From Candidatus Eiseniibacteriota bacterium (lineage in GTDB: Bacteria; Eisenbacteria; RBG-16-71-46), in the NCBI GenBank assembly GCA_041483195.1, contig JBGPFC010000004.1:133020-197019 (forward strand): DNA of 64,000 nt, given 5' to 3'. The stretch's first letter is position 1; the number at the start of each line of letters is the position of its first letter. Positions 1 through 9,412 of the stretch are shown piece after piece. A program made the position numbers and the translations under genes. The notes beneath the pieces were generated by a model, which saw nothing but the letters and a program-made list of their open reading frames with translations, did not search any database and was not told the DNA's origin.

Positions 1-1124
1 AGCCACGGCGTGCCGTCGCGTCCCACGCGCCGCAGCCTGAGGCTCGCGTTCGGCCCATCGCCCTCGACCCAGATCACGAGCGCCGCGCCGTCGTCGAGCA
101 GCGCGACGTCCACCCGGCCGAGCGGGGCGCCCGCGTCGACGGAGGCCGCGGGTCCGAAGCTGCGCCCTCCGTCCTCCGAGAACGCGACCCGCACGCGCGG
201 CGTGTCGGCGGCGGCCGTGTACCACGCCGCGACCACTCGATCCCCGATCGCGTCGAGCGCGGGGCCGTTGACCGGGCATCCGTGGATCGTCCAGCCGTCG
301 GCATGCACCGGTCGTGGCTCGCTCCAGCGCTCGCCCTCCTCGCGCACCACCGCGACGTCGCGCACCTCGGCGGCGCCGCGATCGCGGTAGGCGACGAGCG
401 CGGCGCCCGATGCGCTCGCGATCGCGGTGCCGCAGCAATCGCAGACGCGCGCATCGAGCAGCGCCTCGTCGCTCAACGCTCCGCCGGGATGGAGCACCGC
501 GGTGCGCAGCGTCATCTCCGCTCCGCCCCCGTGCGCTTCGTCGTGTCCTGCGCCCGCTGCGGAATCGCCGGCAGGCCTCGCGAAGTTGCGCCCGTCGAGC
601 CACACGGCGCGCACGCCGTCGCCCGCGGGAAGCAGCGAGACGAATCCATGCTCGGTCGCCGTGCCGTCGCGATGCGGAACCACCGGCGCCGACCAGCTGC
701 GTCCGTCATCGCTCGAGAGCGCGAGGCGCACCTCGGAGGCTTCGGGATCGGGGCCGCTCGCCCACAGCCACGCCGCCGCGAGTCGCGTGCCGCCGAGCGC
801 GATCACCTGGGGAACGTTGGCCCAGTTGCCGACCAGCGAATCGCCGTCGGCGACCGTGCGAGGCGGCGACCAGCGGTTGTCATCGAGCTTCGCGATGCGG
901 AGCGCACCGCCGCCCGATGTGCGCGGCTCGATCCAGCTCAGCCATGTCGCGCCGCCTTCGCCCGCCGCGAGCCGCGGCGCGATGCTCCCCGCGGCCGCGG
1001 GCGGGGGCAACGGCTTGAGCGCGGCCTTCGGCGGGCCGGATGGCCGCCCCGCCAATGCCGTCGGGCCGGGTACGAGCGCCAGCACGCATGCGAGCGCGAT
1101 CGGCATGAAGCGCGTGCGGATCAT
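1..1124 (-). CDS. Secreted BNR-repeat / exo-alpha-sialidase-like beta-propeller protein (3' end runs off the window)
   Basis: Manual translation from ATG at 1124: MIRTRFMPIALACVLALVPGPTALA (signal-like), Asp-box motifs SSDDGRSW and SEDGGRSF, VCDCC and GCPVNGP motifs. Not in the ORF track because no stop lies inside the window. Confidence 0.75.
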   Translation of the reverse strand, partial: MIRTRFMPIALACVLALVPGPTALAGRPSGPPKAALKPLPPPAAAGSIAPRLAAGEGGATWLSWIEPRTSGGGALRIAKLDDNRWSPPRTVADGDSLVGNWANVPQVIALGGTRLAAAWLWASGPDPEASEVRLALSSDDGRSWSAPVVPHRDGTATEHGFVSLLPAGDGVRAVWLDGRNFARPAGDSAAGAGHDEAHGGGAEMTLRTAVLHPGGALSDEALLDARVCDCCGTAIASASGAALVAYRDRGAAEVRDVAVVREEGERWSEPRPVHADGWTIHGCPVNGPALDAIGDRVVAAWYTAAADTPRVRVAFSEDGGRSFGPAASVDAGAPLGRVDVALLDDGAALVIWVEGDGPNASLRLRRVGRDGTPW

Positions 1125-1246
1125 GAGCGGTGCAGGCTACGCGATCCGGGGCGGGAGCGCATCCCGGGAACGGCGCCACGGCGTCTCTCTCGCGCCGGTC
1201 CATCTGCCGCCCGCACCACGGACCAGCGCGCGAGGCGCCTGCACCA

Positions 1247-1275
1247 TTGACATCGCTCTACGTGCTGATGAAGAT
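1247..1275 (+). promoter_or_regulatory. Candidate sigma70 promoter for intI
   Basis: Perfect TTGACA (1247-1252), 17-nt spacer, weak -10 GAAGAT, about 50 nt upstream of the ATG at 1325. Confidence 0.35.
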
Positions 1276-1324
1276 CGGCGCTGCACGTTGTCCCCCGCGT
1301 GGGGGCTCCCGTGGGGGAATCGAG

Positions 1325-2389
1325 ATGTTCGAAGATCCGTGGGGTTCTTCGTCACCTCCGGCGTCGTGCGGGCTCGGAGGCTGCGTGCGTGAGGGCAGCC
1401 CGGTCGTCAGTGTCGTGGGCGCTCCAGAGCCGCGGCTGCTTGATCGGCTGCGCGAAGCCATCCGCGTAAGGCACTACAGTCGCAGGACCGAAAAGGCCTT
1501 CGTCGGGTGGGTGAGGCGCTTCGTCCTATTCCACGGCAAGCGCGATCCGCGGGCGATGGGAAAGGCCGAGGTCAGCGCGTTCCTCTCCCACCTCGCAACC
1601 GAGGGTCGCGTGAGCGCCTCTACTCAGAATCAGGCGCCGAGCGCCGTGCTGTTCCTGTACGCACAGGTGCTCAACCAGGATATCGGCTGGCTCGACGAGT
1701 TGGTTCGAGCGAAACGCCCCGCCCGCGTACCCGTCGTGATGACCGGGGATGAGGTGCGCTCGGTGCTCGGGCAGCTGGAGGGCACAGAGCACCTCATGGC
1801 CTCCCTGCTCTACGGCGCGGGACTGCGGCTGCTCGAATGCTGCCGGCTGCGGGTGAAGGACGTCGATCTGGAACGCGGCGAGATCGTGGTGCGCGATGGC
1901 AAGGGCGCCCGCGATCGCAGGACCATGCTCCCGGTTCGACTCGTGCCCGCGCTCGCCGCACAGCTCGAGCGCGTGCGGGCCCAACACGCCCGCGATCTAG
2001 CCGCAGGGACCGGCAGCGTTGAACTTCCGCTCGCGCTGGAGCGCAAGTACCCGCGGGCGCCCTACGAGATCGGCTGGCAATGGGTGTTCCCGGCGACGCG
2101 GTTCTACACGGACGCCGCGAACGGCCGGCGTCAGCGGCACCATCTGCACGAAATCGTGCTCCAGCGCGCCATGCATGGGGCCGTGCGACGCGCCCGCGTC
2201 ATGAAGCCGGCCAGCTGCCACACGCTTCGGCACTCGTTCGCGACCCACCTGCTCGAAAGTGGCTACGACATCCGGACGATCCAGGAACTGCTCGGCCATC
2301 GTGATGTAAGCACCACCATGATCTACACGCATGTGCTGAATCGCGGCGGGCGGGGCGTGCGGAGCCCGCTGGACAGGGGTTTGGGATGA
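1325..2389 (+). CDS. intI: Integron integrase (tyrosine recombinase, IntI family)
   Basis: [31 protein letters not shown], IntI-specific insertion ([12 protein letters not shown]...WQWVFPA...RHHLHE), [48 protein letters not shown]. Start set at ATG 1325; a later start is possible. Confidence 0.96.
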   Translation: MFEDPWGSSSPPASCGLGGCVREGSPVVSVVGAPEPRLLDRLREAIRVRHYSRRTEKAFVGWVRRFVLFHGKRDPRAMGKAEVSAFLSHLATEGRVSASTQNQAPSAVLFLYAQVLNQDIGWLDELVRAKRPARVPVVMTGDEVRSVLGQLEGTEHLMASLLYGAGLRLLECCRLRVKDVDLERGEIVVRDGKGARDRRTMLPVRLVPALAAQLERVRAQHARDLAAGTGSVELPLALERKYPRAPYEIGWQWVFPATRFYTDAANGRRQRHHLHEIVLQRAMHGAVRRARVMKPASCHTLRHSFATHLLESGYDIRTIQELLGHRDVSTTMIYTHVLNRGGRGVRSPLDRGLG

Positions 2390-2545
2390 CGCGCTGCTCG
2401 CGCACGCGCTACACGGCCGCCGGCTCGCAGCGTATCTGCTTATCCCGCGAGCGGCGGAGGTGCAAAGCGTTGCGGCGGAGGCACAGAGTCGGGAGGCCCG
2501 CGACGAACGGCACCATTGGCCAGACGAAGCCCTGCTGCATATTTG

Positions 2546-2576
2546 GTTACACTGACCCGTCTACTACTCGTTAGGC
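2546..2576 (+). other. attI: attI-like recombination site (core GTTAGGC at 2570-2576)
   Basis: GTTAGGC is the exact complement of the inverse core GCCTAAC of the first attC (3129-3135). A second GTTACAC lies at 2546-2552. Site boundaries are uncertain. Confidence 0.7.
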
Positions 2577-2612
2577 GGCTGCTGTTATGTCCCGACGGAG
2601 TGGAGGCAAGAC

Positions 2613-3050
2613 GTGAGGGCTTCTCTGTTTTATCGAATCGCGGCTGTTCTTCTGCTGTTCTTTGCGGTCGGCCATACACTTGGTTTTCGCCAGTCCGATC
2701 CCACATGGGGAGTTGATACGCTTCTTAGCTCAATGCGGTCAATTCACTTTGACGTACAGGGGTTCAGCCGGACATATTGGGATCTCTTTGTCGCGGCTGG
2801 ATTTTCGGTCGGCGTGTTCTATCTATTCGCGGCGGTATTGGCATGGCAGCTAGGCAGCCTTCCGACAGAGGCTTTGGCGGCCATGCGCGTCACTGTGTGG
2901 GCTCTCGCTCTTTGCTTTGCCGCCATCACCATTGTGAGCTGGAGATACCTCTTTGTCCTCCCTATCGTGTCTTCAGTCGTGATTACAGTGTGTTTGACTG
3001 CGGCGGCATGGCTTTCAGCGAGGCCAATTCGTGGTTCCTCGGGAGCCTGA
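2613..3050 (+). CDS. Cassette 1: small 4-TM membrane protein (LIC_13387-like family)
   Basis: 145 aa, hydrophobic segments, GHTLGF...FDVQGFSRTYWDLF motif. Lies between attI and attC1. Confidence 0.7.
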   Translation: MRASLFYRIAAVLLLFFAVGHTLGFRQSDPTWGVDTLLSSMRSIHFDVQGFSRTYWDLFVAAGFSVGVFYLFAAVLAWQLGSLPTEALAAMRVTVWALALCFAAITIVSWRYLFVLPIVSSVVITVCLTAAAWLSARPIRGSSGA

Positions 3051-3128
3051 TTGTCGTCGGACCTCTCCTTGTCGTCGAGGCTGCCTCGCAGGCATGGTGA
3101 ATTTAATGGTGACCACAAGAACCGAGCC

Positions 3129-3188
3129 GCCTAACAACGCGCTGCAGCGGACTCGCTACGCTCGCCGCTGAGCTTGATATCGTTATCC
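3129..3188 (+). repeat. attC: attC site 1 (60 bp)
   Basis: GCCTAAC-N5-GCTGCAGCGG...CCGCTGAGC-N8-GTTATCC; L boxes pair with one extrahelical base. Confidence 0.9.
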
Positions 3189-3204
3189 CGCAGGAGGAAC
3201 CCAC

Positions 3205-3543
3205 ATGTACCAGATGAAGCTCGACACGTCCGCCCTACCCTGGTCGCCGACTGGCTGGCCCGGCGTCTCAATGAAGATGCTCCAGCAGGTCGAGTCGACC
3301 GGCGGCATGACGGGGATGATGCGAATGGAGGCCGGGAGTTCGATTCCGGCACACAGCCACACAAACGCCGACCAGATGGTCTTCGTGATCGAAGGGGACC
3401 TCGTCGAAGACGGCGTGAGTTACGGGCCCGGCAGCTTCTTCGTCGCCAAGGCGGGCTCCCCGCACGGCCCGCACGGCTCGTCGGGCGGCTGCGTCCTGCT
3501 GTCCTGGTATTCCGGCCCGCCGGACTTCGTTCCCGTCGGGTAG
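3205..3543 (+). CDS. Cassette 2: cupin-domain protein (ChrR-like cupin)
   Basis: IPAHSH...VIEG...YGPGSF...GSPHGPH cupin motifs; SD AGGAGG upstream. Confidence 0.85.
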   Translation: MYQMKLDTSALPWSPTGWPGVSMKMLQQVESTGGMTGMMRMEAGSSIPAHSHTNADQMVFVIEGDLVEDGVSYGPGSFFVAKAGSPHGPHGSSGGCVLLSWYSGPPDFVPVG

Positions 3544-3557
3544 GCGGCTGGGCTGCG

Positions 3558-3659
3558 GCATAACCAGCCAATGCAGTGGACCGAGCCGGCGGGTAAGCTT
3601 CCTGTGGTTCGAGAGCCTGCGAGGTGCCGGCTCGGCCACTGATCGGCATTACGTTAGGC
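3558..3659 (+). repeat. attC: attC site 2 (102 bp)
   Basis: GCATAAC...ATGCAGTGGACCGAGCCGGC...GCCGGCTCGGCCACTGAT...GTTAGGC imperfect inverted repeat. Confidence 0.9.
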
Positions 3660-3672
3660 ACCTGGAGGAGCG

Positions 3673-4242
3673 ATGATTCTCTCTACCGCACTGACAGTCA
3701 CAGTCATATTCTTCCCGGTCTCGGAGATTGCGCTGGCTATGCTCAAGCGTGCGACGCCGGCGGACTCGGATGTCGAAGATCGAGGCTCGATGCGTTTGCT
3801 GTGGGTGGCCATCGCGTGCGGCGTTGGTTCGGCGATCGCAGCTCAGTCATTGCGCCTGGCTCCTCTTCCCGGCCCGTTACGCATCCAACGCCTCGTCGCG
3901 CTCCTTCTCATGGTCGGCGGCTTGAGCATCCGGTGGGCAGCAATCCTCACTCTGGGCCGGTTCTTCACGGTCGATATCGCCACTCAAGCGCAGCAACCGG
4001 TGGTCCAGACTGGAGCTTATCGCTTCGTCCGCCACCCGTCGTATGCCGGTCTCCTGCTGAGCTTCGTGGGGCTTGGTGTCTATTTTGCTAACTGGCTCAG
4101 TCTCCTCATGCTCTTGGTTCCGATCACCGCGGCGGTGGTGAATCGCATCGTCAAGGAAGAAAGCGTGCTCCTCGTGACGCTCGGGACTCCATATGCAGAG
4201 TACTGCGCACGAACCAAGCGGCTCATCCCTGGTCTGCTGTAG
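3673..4242 (+). CDS. Cassette 3: isoprenylcysteine carboxyl methyltransferase (ICMT/PEMT) family membrane protein
   Basis: LGRFFT, GAYRFVRHPSYAG, RIVKEE..L, YAEYCARTKRLIP motifs; SD GGAGG. Confidence 0.9.
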   Translation: MILSTALTVTVIFFPVSEIALAMLKRATPADSDVEDRGSMRLLWVAIACGVGSAIAAQSLRLAPLPGPLRIQRLVALLLMVGGLSIRWAAILTLGRFFTVDIATQAQQPVVQTGAYRFVRHPSYAGLLLSFVGLGVYFANWLSLLMLLVPITAAVVNRIVKEESVLLVTLGTPYAEYCARTKRLIPGLL

Positions 4243-4259
4243 CGCCCACGAGGCCAGGT

Positions 4260-4352
4260 GCCTGACCACCCGCTGCAGCCGGCGACGGGCGGCAGGTGCT
4301 GGGTAGTGTTAGCGGGGACATCGCCCGTCGCGGCTGAGCCGGAGCGTTACGC
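4260..4352 (+). repeat. attC: attC site 3 (93 bp, degenerate inverse core)
   Basis: GCCTGAC-N5-GCTGCAGCCGGCGACGGGCG...CGCCCGTCGCGGCTGAGC-N6-GTTACGC. Confidence 0.85.
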
Positions 4353-4371
4353 GGGCAGGAAAGACGGGGTC

Positions 4372-4716
4372 ATGGCGTTCGCCGAACTGGAGCTCGGGCG
4401 AGTTAACCGAGTGGTCGGGGAGTTTTGCCGGCGGAAGTCTCCGCAGAAGCTCCATGATCGGGTCAGGATCGAGTTTCGCGTGGAGGGACACGAAGTCCTG
4501 ATCTACGAGACCCGGCCGGCGTTCCGTGATCCATCCCACTGGGTTGAGCAGGGTGTTGCGAAGCTGCGATTTGTACGCACGGCCGGCGAGTGGCGCTTGT
4601 TCTGGCAACGTGCGAGCTTGAGGTGGCAGAGCTACGAACCGCTGGCGTCGAGCCGCGACATCGAGATCCTGCTCGTCGAGATCGACCGTGATCCCCACGG
4701 CTGTTTCTTTGGTTGA
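4372..4716 (+). CDS. Cassette 4: DUF3024-like protein
   Basis: MAFAELE...IYETRP...VAKLRF...WRLFWQRASLRWQSY...EIDRDPHGCFFG, the pattern of DUF3024. Starts just after attC3. Confidence 0.85.
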   Translation: MAFAELELGRVNRVVGEFCRRKSPQKLHDRVRIEFRVEGHEVLIYETRPAFRDPSHWVEQGVAKLRFVRTAGEWRLFWQRASLRWQSYEPLASSRDIEILLVEIDRDPHGCFFG

Positions 4717-5022
4717 TCGCAAGCCTACTTCACGCTGGAGCGTCCGAGCGTCGCGCGCCGCACACCGTGAGCGCCACGCCGCGTCTCGCGGGCTCGCCTC
4801 TCCCGGGAGAGGACCCCCCGCTCGCTGGGGAACAATCCGATGAAACTGGACTCAAGATCCGATGCCCAGCGCCGGAGCACTCGGGCCCGCTCTAAGCGAG
4901 CGGCCGGCCCGATTTGCCACGCCACCCCCCGGACCCCTACTCTGCACGCGGTTCATCCTCTTTCGCGCCATTCCAACATCCGGCGATCGCACCAGCGTGC
5001 GGCGCCACCCCTGGAGGTTTCT

Positions 5023-6351
5023 CTGCCTTTCACAGCACTTGGCCTGCCCGCCTCGATCGTGCGCGGGGTGCGCGCCGCCGGCTACACCGAGCCCATGCCC
5101 ATTCAAAGTCGCGCGATCCCCATCATTCTCGAAGGCAAGGACCTGATCGGCGCGGCGCAGACCGGCACCGGCAAGACCGCGGCGTTCATCCTCCCGATGC
5201 TCGCGCGCCTGCTCGATGGCGTTCGCGCGCTGCGCGCGCTGGTGCTCACGCCCACGCGTGAGCTCGCGGCCCAGGTCGAAACCAACGCGCGCGACTACGC
5301 GCGCTTCACCCAGCTCAAGGTGGGCGTCGTATACGGCGGCGTGCCGATCCCGCCGCAGGAGCGGATGCTGCGCAATCAGGGCGTCGATCTGCTGGTCGCG
5401 ACCCCGGGCCGCCTGCTCGATCTCCACGGCCGCCAGTCGCTGAGCCTCGAGGAGGTCGAGATCCTGGTGCTCGACGAGGCCGATCGCATGGTGGACATGG
5501 GCTTCGCGCCCGATCTCAAGCGCATCCTCAATCTGCTGCCCGCGCACCGCCAGACCCTGATGTTCTCGGCGACCATGCCGCCCGAGCTCAATCGCGTCGC
5601 GAAGGAGGCGATGCGCGATCCGGTGCGCGTGGACCTCGCGCCGCCGAGCCGCCCGGCGGCCGGCATCACGCAGGCGATCTACCCGGTGCCCCGCCACCTC
5701 AAGACCGACCTCCTCGACCAGATGATGGGGGGCACGGAGGTGACGAGCGTCATCGTTTTCACCCGCACCAAGCATGGCGCGGACCGCCTCGCGCGCCAGT
5801 TGTCCCGGCGCGGTCACAGCGTGGCCGCACTCCACGGCAACCGCAGCCAGAGCCAGCGCGAGCGCGCGCTCTCCGATCTCAAGCGCGGCCGGGTGCAGGT
5901 GCTGGTCGCGACCGACATCGCATCGCGCGGGATCGACGTCAAGGACATCTCGCACATCGTGAACTTCGACGTGCCGCACACGCCCGAAGACTACGTGCAC
6001 CGCATCGGCCGCACCGGTCGCGTGGATGCGACCGGCGACGCATTCACGCTGATGAGCCCCGAGGAGCAGAAGGACGTGACGGCGATCGAGCGCTTCCTGG
6101 GCAAGTCGATCCCGCGCGTGACGCTGCCCGACTTCGACTACAGGAAACGCGCGACCGAGGAGCCGCGCGGACACGGCGACGAGTCCCGCTTCGAGCGGGG
6201 CGGACGCGGCGGACGCGGGCGGCATGGTGAGCGCGGCGGGTCCGGGCAGGGGGCGCCGCGCGCGGCCGCGGCCGCGCCGTCCGAGCCAGCGCACGGCCGC
6301 AGCCTGCGCCGCGCGCGGCCCACCGACCGCCGCGGCCGCGGCAAGATGTGA
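5023..6351 (+). CDS. rhlE: DEAD-box RNA helicase (RhlE-like)
   Basis: Q motif, AQTGTGKT, PTRELA, TPGRL, DEAD, SAT, RGID, HRIGRTGR, and an Arg/Gly-rich tail. Start placed at CTG 5023 behind SD GGAGG. Confidence 0.93.
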   Translation: MPFTALGLPASIVRGVRAAGYTEPMPIQSRAIPIILEGKDLIGAAQTGTGKTAAFILPMLARLLDGVRALRALVLTPTRELAAQVETNARDYARFTQLKVGVVYGGVPIPPQERMLRNQGVDLLVATPGRLLDLHGRQSLSLEEVEILVLDEADRMVDMGFAPDLKRILNLLPAHRQTLMFSATMPPELNRVAKEAMRDPVRVDLAPPSRPAAGITQAIYPVPRHLKTDLLDQMMGGTEVTSVIVFTRTKHGADRLARQLSRRGHSVAALHGNRSQSQRERALSDLKRGRVQVLVATDIASRGIDVKDISHIVNFDVPHTPEDYVHRIGRTGRVDATGDAFTLMSPEEQKDVTAIERFLGKSIPRVTLPDFDYRKRATEEPRGHGDESRFERGGRGGRGRHGERGGSGQGAPRAAAAAPSEPAHGRSLRRARPTDRRGRGKM

Positions 6352-9300
6352 TCAGGCCGCTCTCGGCCCCGTCCTCCACACCCGCCCCACCAGCTTCGAT
6401 CCGTCCTCGAGCAGCGTGTAGAGGCATGGCACCAGGATCAGCGTGAGCACCGTCGCCGCCAGCAGGCCGCCGATCACGGTGCGCGCGAGCGGGAAGTAGA
6501 GCACGTCGCCAACGTGCTCGCTCCCGAACGCGAGCGGGATCAGCCCCAGCGTCGTGGTGAGCGTGGTCATCAGGATCGGCCGCAGCCGGTCGTGGGCTGC
6601 GTCCATGATCGCGCGCGCGCGCTCCACCCCACGCTCGCGCAGCTGGTGCACGTGGTGAATGAGCACGATGCCGTTGTTCACGACGATCCCGACCAGGATC
6701 AGCAGGCCGATCTGCGCCATCAGGTTGAACGGTGATCCGGTCAGTACGCAGATCCACGCGATCCCCACGAACGCGAACGGCAGCGCGAACATGATGGCGA
6801 ACGGGTGTAGCAGCGACTCGAACAGGCTCGCCATCACCAGATAGACCAGCATCAGCGCCAGCACCAGATTGATGAGCATCTCCTTCTGGGTCTGGTCCTC
6901 CTCCTCGAATCCGTTCCCGAACGACCACGAGTACCCGCTCGGGAAGCTCATCGCTCCCATCTCGCGGGTCAGGCTCTTGCGCACCTCCCCGGCCTTCTTG
7001 GGATCGCAGGTGGCGTTCAGCTCGAGCACCGATCTCCGCTGCTGGCGCTCGATGGTCTGCGGCGTCGCGACCACGTGAAAATCGGCGACCACCGAGAGCG
7101 GGACCGCCTCGCCGTGCGCGCCGGTGAGCCGCAATTCCTGGAGCTTCGCGAGGCTCGCGCGATCGTCTGCGGCGAGCCGCGCCTGCACCTGCACCTCGCC
7201 CTCCGGCCCCCGGAAGCGCGCGAGCGGCCGGCCGCGGAAGAACAGCGAGACCGCACCCGCAATGTCCGCGGTGTTCAGCCCGTAGCGCGCGGCGCGATCC
7301 CGGTCGACGTGGAGTTCGAGCTCCTGCGCGCCCTTGTCGTTTCCGATGTGCACGTCGTCGAGACCGGGCACCAGCGCCATCCGCCGCGACATCTCGCCCG
7401 CCAGCTCGTCGAGCCGCGGACCGGGCTCGCCGAACAGTCGAAGGGTGAGCTGCGATGGGCCGCTTCCGTTCTCGCGGTCGTCGAACTTGACCTTCACCCC
7501 CGCCAGCGGCGGCAGCTGCGCGCGCAGCTTCTTGCGCAGCGCGTTCGCCCCCTCGTCGTCGGTGTAGCCGGAGGCCAGATACGCGCGCGTGAAGGCCAGG
7601 TTGTGGGTGAAGTACGAATACGTGGACCGCACGTGCAGCGAGTCCTTCCGCCCCTGGATCCAGCTCTCGAGCTTCGAGACCACGCGCTCGACCTCGCGGT
7701 AGTTGAGATTGTCCGCGAACTCGTACTCCATGCGCACCGCCTCGATCTTGCTGGCGGTGAACGCGCTCTTGTCGACGCGTCCGAATGCGACCGCCGCGGT
7801 GGCGACCACCAGCAGCGCGAGGCCCACCGTGGCCGGCCGGTGTGAGAGCGTCCAGCGCAGCGCCCGCAGGTAGCGCTCGGTGATCCAGGTGATGACCCCC
7901 AGCTGGCGGACCGGCATCGAGGGCAGCAGGCGGCCCATCGCGAGCGGGATCGCGGTGAGCGACAGGAACAGCGAGCAGCAGAGCGTGAAGATGATGGTGC
8001 GTCCCACCTCGCCGATCCAGGTGGTGATCTCGGTGCGCCCGCCCAGCACCAGCGGCAGGAACACGATGATCGACGTGGCGGTCGATGACACGACCGCCGG
8101 GAGCACCTCGCGCGAGCCGACCAGCGCCGCGCGCAGCGGCCCAGCCCCGCGCTGCCGGTGGCGGTAGATGCTCTCGAGCACCACCACCGCGTTGTCCACC
8201 AGCATGCCGACCGCGAGCATCAGGCCCATCATGGACAGGATGTTGAGCGTGCGGCCCGTGAAGCGCAGCAGCGCGGCCGCCGCGAGCAGCGAGAACGGGA
8301 TCGCGAGCCCCACCACCAGCGTCGTCACCCAGCTGCGCAGGAACAGGAACAGCACGATGATCGCGAGCGTGCCTCCGATCAGGCCGGCGCGCAGCAGGCC
8401 GGTCAGCGAGTTCTCGATCTCCTCGGCCTGATCGGTGAACACCAGCACCCGCACCCCCTGAAGCTGCGGATCGCGCCCGATCGACTCGAGCACGCTGCGC
8501 GCGCGGCGCGCCACCTGCACCGTGTTCGCGCCCGACTCCTTGATGACGTTGAGACCGATCGCGCGCGACTGGTCGAGGTGCCGCCCGTAGTCGAGCTCGG
8601 GTTCCGCGTAGCCGACGGTCGCGACATCCGTGAGCCGGAGCCCGCGCTCGGTGAGCGGGAAGTTCTTGATCTCGTCCAGGCTCGCGAACTGGTTGACCAC
8701 GCGCAGCGGCCACGACTCGTCGCCCGGATGGATCTGTCCAGCGCTCATGCTGTGGCTGGCGGCATCGAGCCGGTCGAGCAGCGTGCGCGTGTCGATCCCG
8801 TGGCGCTCGAGGTCGGCGAGATGGAAGTCGATCTGCACCTGGGGCGGCTCGATGCCGTAGAGCTCCACCTTCGCCACCCCGGGCACGCGGCGCAGCGGGT
8901 CGGCGATGTGCCGGTTGAGCAGCTCGTAGTCGCGCGAGAGGTCGCGGGAGGCGGAAACCCGGCACTCGAGCACCGGGATGTCGCTCGAGCGCTGGCTGTT
9001 GACCTGGATCACGTCGACATCGGCCGGGAGCTGGTCGCGGATGCGGTCGAGCTTCTCGCGCGCCTCGGTCCGCAGCGGCCCGATGTCCTCGCCCCAGTCG
9101 AACTGGATGTAGATGTTCGACTCGTTGGCGGACGACGACGACTGGATCCGCCGCACCTTGGAGAGGGTCGAGAGCGCCTCCTCGGCGGGGCGCGTGATCT
9201 CCTCCTCGACCTGCGCCGGCAGCGAGTTGGGGTAGGGAATGCTGATCTCGATCCCCGGGAACTCGACGTCGGGCAGGAAGGCGAGCGGCAGCTTGGGCGC

Positions 9301-9384
9301 CGCCAGCGCGCCCAGCACGACGATGCAGAGCAGCACCATGCCCGCGGTGATCGGGTGACGCAGGCTCCAGCGCGACAGGTTCAT
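6352..9384 (-). CDS. RND efflux permease (AcrB/AcrD/AcrF family)
   Basis: 1010 aa; GMLVDNAVVVLESI, GIVVNNGI, RLRPILMTT motifs. Confidence 0.95.
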   Translation of the reverse strand: MNLSRWSLRHPITAGMVLLCIVVLGALAAPKLPLAFLPDVEFPGIEISIPYPNSLPAQVEEEITRPAEEALSTLSKVRRIQSSSSANESNIYIQFDWGEDIGPLRTEAREKLDRIRDQLPADVDVIQVNSQRSSDIPVLECRVSASRDLSRDYELLNRHIADPLRRVPGVAKVELYGIEPPQVQIDFHLADLERHGIDTRTLLDRLDAASHSMSAGQIHPGDESWPLRVVNQFASLDEIKNFPLTERGLRLTDVATVGYAEPELDYGRHLDQSRAIGLNVIKESGANTVQVARRARSVLESIGRDPQLQGVRVLVFTDQAEEIENSLTGLLRAGLIGGTLAIIVLFLFLRSWVTTLVVGLAIPFSLLAAAALLRFTGRTLNILSMMGLMLAVGMLVDNAVVVLESIYRHRQRGAGPLRAALVGSREVLPAVVSSTATSIIVFLPLVLGGRTEITTWIGEVGRTIIFTLCCSLFLSLTAIPLAMGRLLPSMPVRQLGVITWITERYLRALRWTLSHRPATVGLALLVVATAAVAFGRVDKSAFTASKIEAVRMEYEFADNLNYREVERVVSKLESWIQGRKDSLHVRSTYSYFTHNLAFTRAYLASGYTDDEGANALRKKLRAQLPPLAGVKVKFDDRENGSGPSQLTLRLFGEPGPRLDELAGEMSRRMALVPGLDDVHIGNDKGAQELELHVDRDRAARYGLNTADIAGAVSLFFRGRPLARFRGPEGEVQVQARLAADDRASLAKLQELRLTGAHGEAVPLSVVADFHVVATPQTIERQQRRSVLELNATCDPKKAGEVRKSLTREMGAMSFPSGYSWSFGNGFEEEDQTQKEMLINLVLALMLVYLVMASLFESLLHPFAIMFALPFAFVGIAWICVLTGSPFNLMAQIGLLILVGIVVNNGIVLIHHVHQLRERGVERARAIMDAAHDRLRPILMTTLTTTLGLIPLAFGSEHVGDVLYFPLARTVIGGLLAATVLTLILVPCLYTLLEDGSKLVGRVWRTGPRAA

Positions 9385-9412
9385 CGCCGGCCCGCCCGTG
9401 CGCGCCCGGACA

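Larger units (their letters stand above)
1325..4716 (+). mobile_element. Integron: intI + attI + four gene cassettes
   Basis: IntI, core site GTTAGGC at 2570, three attC hairpins separating four short co-oriented ORFs. Cassette 1 is visibly more AT-rich than the flanks. Confidence 0.92.

Noticed and set aside
3129..4352. Regularly spaced palindromic elements as a CRISPR array
   Set aside because: The elements differ in length and sequence, are separated by whole ORFs and carry attC core boxes. No cas genes are present.
4717..4900. A fourth attC after the DUF3024 cassette
   Set aside because: No RYYYAAC...GTTRRRY pair with L boxes was found, only an unrelated palindrome.
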